NCBI GenBank assembly: GCA_964597045.1
Contig: CAZQWE010000002.1
Coordinates: forward strand, 181,175-245,174
DNA: 64,000 nt
Direction: 5' to 3'
Origin: an uncultured Alphaproteobacteria bacterium
GTDB lineage: Bacteria > Pseudomonadota > Alphaproteobacteria > UBA9655
Part shown: positions 8,709 through 16,875 of the stretch, one piece after another
Position numbering within the stretch: position 1 is the stretch's first letter
Layout: every line of letters begins with the position of its first letter
Translations under genes and position numbers: made by a program
The notes under the pieces: generated by a model
Seen by the model: only the letters and a program-made list of their open reading frames with translations
The model's database searches: none
Told to the model about the DNA's origin: nothing

Positions 8709-11700
8709 ATGATAAGCGATAATTTAACACGACTTACTTATTTATTTCCTTGGAGTATCATATTCGCGCTTCTGCTTGCCGCGTTATTTGCCTTTATTGG
8801 CATACTTATTTTTAGGCGTTCTATAAAAAAAGCAGAAGAGGGTCCCAAACCTGTAACCCCAAACCCCTTCTTTGAAAAATCAAAAATATTATTAGCCCGA
8901 TATGGTTATGCTGCAACTGATCAATTATCGATATCTTTTACGAAAGCTCTAAAGCTTTTACATAATTATATTGGTGGTTCTGAGTTCCGTTACCAACTCC
9001 CTTGGGTGGTGATGTTAGGTGCGAGCAGTTCTGGCAAAAGTACCCTTTTAGATAATCTTGAAGTTGATCGTCCTATTGGACGCCCTCTTTTTACAGCTGA
9101 AGGTGAAGATAAGCCCCTTTGTGATTGGGCATTTTTTGATCATGGAGTTGTTCTTGATGTCAATGGCAAGCTCGTTATTGATGCCAATCAAGCAAGATCC
9201 GACGAGGCTCTCTGGGATTTATTTCTTAATCTTCTTACAAGTCATCGACCGAAACGACCTGTTGACGGTGTTGTTATTAACATCCCTGTAACAGAGTTAA
9301 TTGGTAAAGAAGCCTTATCCCATGAAGACATCTTGATTCGTGCTGATTATATTTATGAAAAACTTTGGCAAATGCAAAAAACAACAGGTTTAAGAATTCC
9401 TGTTTACTTTGTAATTACAAAATCTGACCTCATCCCAGGTTTTGAGAGTTTTTGTAAGTCCATCCCAAACAATAATAAAACGAATATTTTTGGTTGGTCT
9501 AATGATAAATCAATTGATACTGTCTATGTGACGGATTGGGTTGATGAAGCCTTTTTTACGATCAATGAAGCGCTTTATGTGGCTCAGGAAGAGATTTATG
9601 CAGAGAGTAAAAACATTGATGGACGGGATGGAGTCTTCTTATTTCCCATGGCCTTAAATAAGGTCAGAAGTGGTATAAAGACATATGCAAATCACATCTT
9701 TAAACCTTCTGGATATCATGAGTCCTTTTTCTTCAGAGGCATCTACTTTGTTGGAGATAGCCATATAGAAAGATCAAGAGCGAAATCTCAAGGGATTTCG
9801 CGGTTAGCCGTATCAAAGGAAACTCGGTCCGATTCTAAAAGTAAGAACATCTATTTTATAAGAGATTTATTTGAAAAGAAAATTTTCAGAGAAATAGGTT
9901 TAGCAAGACCCGTATCAAGAGTTCTTTTAGGCAATACTAATTCTCTAAGACTGTTGAAAATTGGAGTCGTTATTGTTTCCATTTTGGGAACTCTTGAGTT
10001 ATTAATTTCCAACTCAAAATTAAATACAGCCAAAGTCAATCTAACACCCGTTCTTAAACAAGTTGAACTCTCCCTTGAGAAGATTCGCGGGCAGAGCGAC
10101 TCGGCAAGTAACAATCGAACATTTTTTTATGATCAGGCTCAAATGCTTTTGAATACAATGGCGCAAGTAAGAGCAAACTCTCTGTCCGCACCCTTTATTC
10201 CTGCTTCTTGGTTTTCGAATATAAATAGCAAAATAAGCTTCGTCATGGGACTTGCCTATGACCAAGTTATACTTAAATCCATGTCAAGCCAATTAGCCTA
10301 TAAAGCGCAGCAACTCGTCGATATCAACACGGTCCTTCCCGTAGCACAGCAGCCTGGGAATGGCATTGACCCTCTTCAAACTACAGAATTTTACCAACTG
10401 CAAAAGTATGTGCTTTCTATGAGAGAACTCGAACTTGCAACCAATAAATTCAATGAATTAGGGCTTGCTTCCAATTTGAAAGATGTCGCTGATATCATTA
10501 AATATCTTTTTGAATTTGACATGCCAGCTGAATTCCTTACCCATGATCTCTATTTTAAGGATGCTCTCGCTAAATCCCATAATAAGCTCTTTGATCTTGA
10601 GTCCTATAGAGAGGATGCATCAATTAAGCTGAATAAGTTATTTGATCAATTTGAAAATGCTGTTTTTGACCCTGTAAGGATGATTCCAGGCCTTGGATTC
10701 CTCATGACAAGTATTAATGCTATTTCAGGCTCCAATTACGGCACAGGAGGAGAAAGTCAAGCAGCTAATGATGTTGACAGCCTCCATCAAGTTTATCAAA
10801 GCCTTCAAGACACAAATAATTCTATAGCTAACCCAGGATTTAGTTGGTTAAACTATGATTATTTTAGTCCGGGCCCCCAATATGAATACGTTATGGGACA
10901 AATTTTTGAGTCAACAGTTTTTTCCGTATCAACATCAGCAGAACTTAAAACTGAAATTGATCAAAATTTTATCGGTTTCAGAAAGAAACTTGCTGAATAC
11001 AAATCGAGCCTCATTGATGGTGGGAATCTGTTTGATGTAGAAAATGGATTAGCCTTAGCTAGACCCTCACTCGGTTCACTTCGTTTACAACAAAACTTAG
11101 CCCTCTTCTTCTCCGAACCATTTATGGCTCGCGCTGAAGATCGCACAATTGTTGTCTCCATCCCCTTAGGATCTACACTCCTTTGGGATACCCTTCGACT
11201 ACAACAAAGTGTTTCTTTAATTAGTTCTTATAACGATTTTATTAATTCACGACTTTTAGGGCTTCCTAAGAATCTTCAACCCATGCTTCAAAAAGTAGCC
11301 CGAGAGAGTCTCGCTAGAAATCTCGTACAACAGATTGCCAACGCTCAAGTTTTAAGCACGGTGAACTTTAGAGAAAATAGCTTTGCACCTGAAGATGCTT
11401 TACTTACGCAAATTCAAAACTACCGTTCATCTGCACCCTTCCTTCAGCAAATTTTATTCTCATTAAATGCGAATAACATTAACGCAGCCTTTAGTACATT
11501 GAAGCAACTTCTTACTAATGAAAACTATAGTCTTTTAACGAAGCTTGATGGTATTTTAAGTGAAGAAGGACCGTATGCCATTAAAATGGATTCTTTCGAG
11601 TGGTGGAAGGGCAATAATATGGCAGCTCTTGAAGCGTATGGAGCAAATACTCTAGCTGAACTAAAGAATTATCTTGATCTTCAAAGAGATCGTATTGCCT

Positions 11701-12905
11701 ATCTTGCCCAAGAGTTTGCAGAACCGGTTGTTTCCTTCTTGGAACTCATTAACTCAGAGGGTATGCATGCTGATCTTCCTCTCATGAACAAATGGGCGGG
11801 TATCATCAATGAGCTGAATGGCTATAAACGCAAAGCGCCAGGAAATGGTCTCACTGAACTTGAATCATATATTTTGAAACCTCTTAATGAAGTAACACTT
11901 GACACCTGTGATAAGTATACCAAGCTGTATAACAATTACACATTAAAAGGCGATTATTTCGTTAATGTGCTTGTTGACTTGGAAGATAAACTCCATAAGC
12001 AGTGTGCAAACCTTTCAGGGTTTGTTTCAGTCGATAACTATACTCAACTGGCTAATTTCTTTAATGCAAACTTAGCAGGGCGTTTCCCCTTTACAGAGGA
12101 AGTCAAAGGGCAAGCAGATGCTTCTCCTGAGGACATAAGAACATTCTTCCAAATGATGGATTCTCAAGCCGCTGGAATAAAAGCCACCTTAAAGCAAGCC
12201 AAAGATTTAGGACCAGCCGGTAAAAAGGCTTTTGTCTTTATTGAGCAAATGGAAGGTGTCCGGAAATTCTTTGGTGGATTCTTGGTTCCAGATTCCTTGT
12301 TACCTTACCCTTCTTACACCTTTGATGTGGCTTTTAGGGTCAATAAACAAAGAGAAGTCAGAGGAAACGAAGTTCTTGATTGGCAAGTTACATCCGGTGG
12401 AACTACTTTTAATATGCGTTCGCCTTCTCATAAATGTGGATGGAAGGTTGGTAACCCTGTTAAAGTAACTTTTAGATGGGCGGCTAACAGTCCACTCCAA
12501 CCCCTTGTTACTGAAGGTTCCTCAGGATTATCTGTTGATGGTGAATATGCTAGCTATTCGTATGGTGGAACATGGGGACTTATTCGTCTCTTAAGAGAGC
12601 ATCAAGCTAAGACTTGTGATTTTGATAACTTAAATGATGATCAGCCAACGACTCTTCGTTTCAATATCCCTTTAACAAATGTAATGTCTGGTACTGGTCT
12701 GTCAAATACAGACCCACTAAAAGCTACAGTCTTTCTCAGATTTGTAACATCACCCGTGCCTAATCCAAAACCAAAGAAGGGTGAAGCTCCTAAAGAGGAA
12801 GAAGAATCCAAAGAAGGTGATCAAACAAAAATCAAAGTCGGCGAACCTGTTGCCCTACCCTTCTTCCCGTTCAATGCCCCTAATATCAAAGGAGCGGCGA
12901 TGTAA
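8709..12905 (+). CDS. tssM: type VI secretion membrane protein TssM (IcmF family), 1398 aa
   Basis: Walker A GASSSGKST (nt 9018-9044). IcmF motif PVYFVITKSDLIPGFESF. N-terminal TM plus a second TM near residue 415. Long periplasmic region. Charged K/E/P tail at the C-terminus. Confidence 0.9.
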   Translation: MISDNLTRLTYLFPWSIIFALLLAALFAFIGILIFRRSIKKAEEGPKPVTPNPFFEKSKILLARYGYAATDQLSISFTKALKLLHNYIGGSEFRYQLPWVVMLGASSSGKSTLLDNLEVDRPIGRPLFTAEGEDKPLCDWAFFDHGVVLDVNGKLVIDANQARSDEALWDLFLNLLTSHRPKRPVDGVVINIPVTELIGKEALSHEDILIRADYIYEKLWQMQKTTGLRIPVYFVITKSDLIPGFESFCKSIPNNNKTNIFGWSNDKSIDTVYVTDWVDEAFFTINEALYVAQEEIYAESKNIDGRDGVFLFPMALNKVRSGIKTYANHIFKPSGYHESFFFRGIYFVGDSHIERSRAKSQGISRLAVSKETRSDSKSKNIYFIRDLFEKKIFREIGLARPVSRVLLGNTNSLRLLKIGVVIVSILGTLELLISNSKLNTAKVNLTPVLKQVELSLEKIRGQSDSASNNRTFFYDQAQMLLNTMAQVRANSLSAPFIPASWFSNINSKISFVMGLAYDQVILKSMSSQLAYKAQQLVDINTVLPVAQQPGNGIDPLQTTEFYQLQKYVLSMRELELATNKFNELGLASNLKDVADIIKYLFEFDMPAEFLTHDLYFKDALAKSHNKLFDLESYREDASIKLNKLFDQFENAVFDPVRMIPGLGFLMTSINAISGSNYGTGGESQAANDVDSLHQVYQSLQDTNNSIANPGFSWLNYDYFSPGPQYEYVMGQIFESTVFSVSTSAELKTEIDQNFIGFRKKLAEYKSSLIDGGNLFDVENGLALARPSLGSLRLQQNLALFFSEPFMARAEDRTIVVSIPLGSTLLWDTLRLQQSVSLISSYNDFINSRLLGLPKNLQPMLQKVARESLARNLVQQIANAQVLSTVNFRENSFAPEDALLTQIQNYRSSAPFLQQILFSLNANNINAAFSTLKQLLTNENYSLLTKLDGILSEEGPYAIKMDSFEWWKGNNMAALEAYGANTLAELKNYLDLQRDRIAYLAQEFAEPVVSFLELINSEGMHADLPLMNKWAGIINELNGYKRKAPGNGLTELESYILKPLNEVTLDTCDKYTKLYNNYTLKGDYFVNVLVDLEDKLHKQCANLSGFVSVDNYTQLANFFNANLAGRFPFTEEVKGQADASPEDIRTFFQMMDSQAAGIKATLKQAKDLGPAGKKAFVFIEQMEGVRKFFGGFLVPDSLLPYPSYTFDVAFRVNKQREVRGNEVLDWQVTSGGTTFNMRSPSHKCGWKVGNPVKVTFRWAANSPLQPLVTEGSSGLSVDGEYASYSYGGTWGLIRLLREHQAKTCDFDNLNDDQPTTLRFNIPLTNVMSGTGLSNTDPLKATVFLRFVTSPVPNPKPKKGEAPKEEEESKEGDQTKIKVGEPVALPFFPFNAPNIKGAAM

Positions 12906-13957
12906 TGGCCTTTAATAACAACCTCTCCCTCTTCTTTGAATCCATATCAGATAACCCACCTTGTGGACCATCGCTCAGGTATTCAGAAACTTATGATAAA
13001 ATTAAAAATGCAAGACATGAGGAAGATGATCGGCTCGCTCAAGGTATCTGGAAAAGTGAAGTTAAAAAGGCCGATTGGGATATGGTGGACAGACTCTGTC
13101 GGGATACTCTTCAAACGAAATCAAAGGATTTGCAAATTGCCGCATGGCTAACTGAAGCCTGGCTCCACCTTGAAGGAATGGGAGGATTAACCCAAGGGTT
13201 AGAGCTCATTCTTGAGCTCACTAAAACCTATTGGGATAATATTCACCCTCAGATTGATCAAGGCAGCTTCGATTTGAGAATTGTCCCTTATGAATGGATC
13301 AACACGAGACTTAGTGAAGAAATTCAGTTTGTAAAGATTACCATGCCAGCAGCTCGAACAACCCTTCCCTATCATTTAGTCGACTATAATGACGCCAATC
13401 GACATGTTATTTCCGGAAAAAAAGATGGTGAACTTCCGACAGGTAAACCTTCGCTTTCTAAAATAACAACAAGCATTGAACAAACTCCAGCTGCTTTCTA
13501 TCAATCAATAGATGAGAATTGTAAGAAGGCCTTAGCTTTGATAGAGAACATTGAAGAACTCCTTCATGAAAAACTGGTCGGAGATACCCCTAGTTTTTAC
13601 CGAATAAAAGAAAAGATAAGCATCGTTCAACGCTTTGCCCAGCACATTCTTGCTGAAAGAGGTGAAAAAATGGCAGCCCTACACCCCACTCCAGAAGCGC
13701 CCACTAAAGAACCAACTTCCAAAAAGAAAACCCCTGGCCCAATTGACAGTCGTGACCAAGCTTATGCCATGCTTGGTGAAATTGCCTCTTATCTTGAAAA
13801 GATTGAACCCCATAGTCCAACCCCCTATTTGATTCGTCGCTCCATTACATGGGGTAGCATGACTCTCAGTGAAGTCTTTGCTGATGCCACAGCGAATGGG
13901 AAGGACCTATCGCTTATACTTGATATTCTGGATGTAAAGAAAGAAAATCAGCACTAA
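12905..13957 (+). CDS. tssA: type VI secretion protein TssA (ImpA N-terminal domain family)
   Basis: ImpA_N signature PCGPSLRYSETYDKIKNARHEEDD...ADWDMV...SKDLQIAAWLTEAW...GGL..GLELI. C-terminal EPHSPTPYLIRRSITWG motif. One-nt overlap with the tssM stop. Confidence 0.8.
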   Translation: MAFNNNLSLFFESISDNPPCGPSLRYSETYDKIKNARHEEDDRLAQGIWKSEVKKADWDMVDRLCRDTLQTKSKDLQIAAWLTEAWLHLEGMGGLTQGLELILELTKTYWDNIHPQIDQGSFDLRIVPYEWINTRLSEEIQFVKITMPAARTTLPYHLVDYNDANRHVISGKKDGELPTGKPSLSKITTSIEQTPAAFYQSIDENCKKALALIENIEELLHEKLVGDTPSFYRIKEKISIVQRFAQHILAERGEKMAALHPTPEAPTKEPTSKKKTPGPIDSRDQAYAMLGEIASYLEKIEPHSPTPYLIRRSITWGSMTLSEVFADATANGKDLSLILDILDVKKENQH

Positions 13958-14045
13958 GCCTTAAGAATCGTCATTGTGAAGATTGCACTTGTTTTTTAAT
14001 TATTAGTATTTATATTTATAAATATTAATTTTTTTGGTGCGCATT

Positions 14046-16796
14046 ATGAAATATATTTACCCTTTGCTCTTCTCAACAATATTGTTTTTACGCCATGATG
14101 CTTTAGCTATGAACGATAACAATAATAATACTAAATATTCTGATGAAGATCCAATTCATCAACAAAGGAGAAAAGCAAGTGAAGACTTTTCAAAAGAAGT
14201 ACAAGAAAAATCTGATGTTCTTTTAAAAGCTGCCGATTCATTATTGAAGGATTCAGAGGACAATAAGCTTAAAGCTGCTATTGAAAAATGTAAAAAAGAG
14301 ATTTGCAGCTATCGTGAGAGTACTGTCAAGTCAACAATAGCTACTCGAGATAATAAACCTGTACTCCCCTTCTACGATCCCCATTTTGTAGATTTTGTTT
14401 CCTTCCATTTTTATCGTCAAGAAATCATAAATTTAGCTACAAGGTATAATAAAGGTTCTACGGAATATATTTTTTTTTATAAAACTTTTAATTATTTTAA
14501 TTTAATCGCGCAACATTTATCCGATCTACAAAAATTTTATTTACTAAATATTACACCTACAAAAAATAGTGCCCCATCTGATCCTTCAGCAAGAACTCCT
14601 ATGCATATAAATTCAAAGCATCTTTGGGAGAGAATTATAAAACTGAAGACCTTCTCATTGTCTTGTATTGAAGCAACTAACGTAGATAAACTTGATATAC
14701 CTTTAAATATGAAGGTTTATTTTAATGTCTGTTTTAAGGAAATGAAAGAAGAGTTAAATAATATTTGTTCTGATTGTCCCCTACAAATCGATGATATCAT
14801 CAATTCCAATAATGAAGAAAATCTTCAAACCTTTGATTCTTTGGTTTTTGAAAATTTTGATATAGTCAATAGTATGACTTCTTTTCTTTGTGGACATACT
14901 GGAATAGAACTTCTAAGTGCAACTAAACAACTTAGGTGGGTTTATCCTCTCAATTTTGATTTCTATAATGATGATAAAAAAGTTAAAGGTAGGGATAAAC
15001 TTACTAAGGATCAAATTGCCCCTAACATACCTATATTTGATGAAATGTGGAAAGATATTGTATGGAAATCTGATGATAAATCAAATACTGGCATTTCTTG
15101 GTTAAATCATTTAGAAGAAATTGATAATCCACAAGCGAATTTGCATGAAATAAAAACTTACGGTCAAGAATTTTTTACGGAATTCGAAGCAAGTTACCAA
15201 GATGTATGGAAAGCTCGTAAGGCTGTTGAAAAATCGCCCTTAAATGAAAAAGATAAAGCGATCGCCCTTAATATTCTGAAACAATCATTTGACTCTATGT
15301 CGAAGCACGGGGGGGCCATCAAGAGAGATGTTAATCAAGGGATCATAACAACTAGAGATGATGTTAATAGAATTACTTTTATCCCATATTGTAAACAGTA
15401 TCATCTTAGAAAGGCCTTGCACGAATTGCTTGCAAATAAAGAATATGAAACCATTCATGATGCAGTGAATAAGGCCCTCGATGCAATGGGTGTATTTGAA
15501 AGACACTTTTTACATCAAAACAATTTTCTTATTGATAACTTAGAGATTAAAGAGGGAGCTAAAATAGATGGGATTCAACGATATTGTATCACTTTCAATC
15601 CACGCAAAGCTCTCGTTAATTTAAAAATAAGAGCTCGGCAGTTAGAACTTATTGCCAGTTCTATTAATTTAGAACGCTTAAAGTTACCAGATGATTATAA
15701 GGCTCAAATTGCTGGCAAACAAAAGCTCCTAAGACAAGAACTTAAAAACCTTTTAAAAAATAATGAAATCAATAAAGTGATGAAGGCCCCACTATGGAAA
15801 ACACTTGATGTGGATTTATCCGGAGATTTAAAAGGTGTTACATTTGGAATACCTGATATGTTGATTACAAATGAAGAGCTTATAAGAAATGCATCTATTG
15901 CCTTTTTAAACCCCCTCATGATCACATTTGTTATGAATAACAATCAAATAATTTCGTTAACAAAGGATCAAATTGAAGAAAACCTTCCCTTATGGGATTC
16001 AATGTGTCTTAATTTCCAAGATAAGAAAACCGCTGTTACGGGAAACCAAAAACCTTCAGCAAATAAAGGAAAAAGTAAAAAGAAAGGAAGAAAGAAACAA
16101 GTAGTAATAGAAAAAAAGAAAAATAATATAGTTGTTCCTATTACAACTATTGTTCAACAAGATGAAAAACCTATTGTTGAGCAACCTAGCTTCGAACCAG
16201 TTACTGCCCCTAATGAACAAAACCTAGAAAAATGTGATAACCCCGCCCCATATAATGCAAAGAAGCAACGAGAAGAGCTTATTCTCTGGCTTAGAGATAT
16301 TTTAAATACTTCTAAGGAAAAGAAGGAGCTCTTTATCGTTTACGACCGTGCTCACTGCTTAGTCCGCCAATTGGACCATCATCCTGAGCTTTTTGATACG
16401 GAAGAATCCTTAAGCCCTCTTCAAGATATTGCGCAAAGACTTTGTGATCAAATATCTCATATTCAAAACAAATCTAAAGTCATAAAGAAGGAAAGAATCG
16501 CTGTGCCCTTTAGAGCTCTTCCCCTTTACTTGTCTTTTATGGAGTCCAGTGTATCCGACCTTGTTGGAATTCGATTTGGCCGTGTGAGAACGCTCTTTGA
16601 AAGTCTTGGCATTAAGATTGATACATCTCGTGCGGGTTCAAGAGTGCATTTTGAGTACGGAAACCATGCCACCTCAATCCATATCCATGATAAGCATGAT
16701 GAGCCGTTAGAAGGCGGCAGAATCTCCTCCCTTCGTAAATTCCTTTGGGAAATTGGATTTACGACTGATGATGGAGATGAAGAGGAATCAAATTGA
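14046..16796 (+). CDS. secreted orphan protein, paralog A: signal peptide, divergent helical body, Lys-rich linker, conserved C-terminal HicA-like module
   Basis: Signal peptide MKYIYPLLFSTILFLRHDALA (the ATG at 14046 is preferred over the TTG at 14034). Full-length collinear similarity to the next gene. The last 105 aa are identical to paralog B. Confidence 0.7.
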   Translation: MKYIYPLLFSTILFLRHDALAMNDNNNNTKYSDEDPIHQQRRKASEDFSKEVQEKSDVLLKAADSLLKDSEDNKLKAAIEKCKKEICSYRESTVKSTIATRDNKPVLPFYDPHFVDFVSFHFYRQEIINLATRYNKGSTEYIFFYKTFNYFNLIAQHLSDLQKFYLLNITPTKNSAPSDPSARTPMHINSKHLWERIIKLKTFSLSCIEATNVDKLDIPLNMKVYFNVCFKEMKEELNNICSDCPLQIDDIINSNNEENLQTFDSLVFENFDIVNSMTSFLCGHTGIELLSATKQLRWVYPLNFDFYNDDKKVKGRDKLTKDQIAPNIPIFDEMWKDIVWKSDDKSNTGISWLNHLEEIDNPQANLHEIKTYGQEFFTEFEASYQDVWKARKAVEKSPLNEKDKAIALNILKQSFDSMSKHGGAIKRDVNQGIITTRDDVNRITFIPYCKQYHLRKALHELLANKEYETIHDAVNKALDAMGVFERHFLHQNNFLIDNLEIKEGAKIDGIQRYCITFNPRKALVNLKIRARQLELIASSINLERLKLPDDYKAQIAGKQKLLRQELKNLLKNNEINKVMKAPLWKTLDVDLSGDLKGVTFGIPDMLITNEELIRNASIAFLNPLMITFVMNNNQIISLTKDQIEENLPLWDSMCLNFQDKKTAVTGNQKPSANKGKSKKKGRKKQVVIEKKKNNIVVPITTIVQQDEKPIVEQPSFEPVTAPNEQNLEKCDNPAPYNAKKQREELILWLRDILNTSKEKKELFIVYDRAHCLVRQLDHHPELFDTEESLSPLQDIAQRLCDQISHIQNKSKVIKKERIAVPFRALPLYLSFMESSVSDLVGIRFGRVRTLFESLGIKIDTSRAGSRVHFEYGNHATSIHIHDKHDEPLEGGRISSLRKFLWEIGFTTDDGDEEESN
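16470..16783 (+). repeat. near-identical 3' tract of paralog A (copy 1 of 2)
   Basis: 16470-16657 is identical to 19231-19418 (188 nt, offset 2761). The next ~125 nt carry 8 substitutions, all synonymous. Confidence 0.9.
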
Positions 16797-16875
16797 AATA
16801 CAGAGGCAATCTCTCCCTTGATTTTTTCATCTAAATATTTATGTATAATAATATAATTATTTTTTGGTGAGCATT

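Noticed and set aside
8709-8830. TssM appears to have one long N-terminal hydrophobic segment rather than the usual TM hairpin
   Set aside because: Topology cannot be judged reliably by eye. The 27-residue hydrophobic stretch could still form a tight hairpin, or the start codon could differ. It is not reported as an anomaly.
14470-14478. T9 homopolymer inside paralog A (codons IFFY), considered as a slipped-strand phase-variation switch
   Set aside because: The genome is AT-rich, and runs of 8-10 A/T occur elsewhere, for example 59745-59754 and 42515-42522. A single sequence gives no evidence of length variation.
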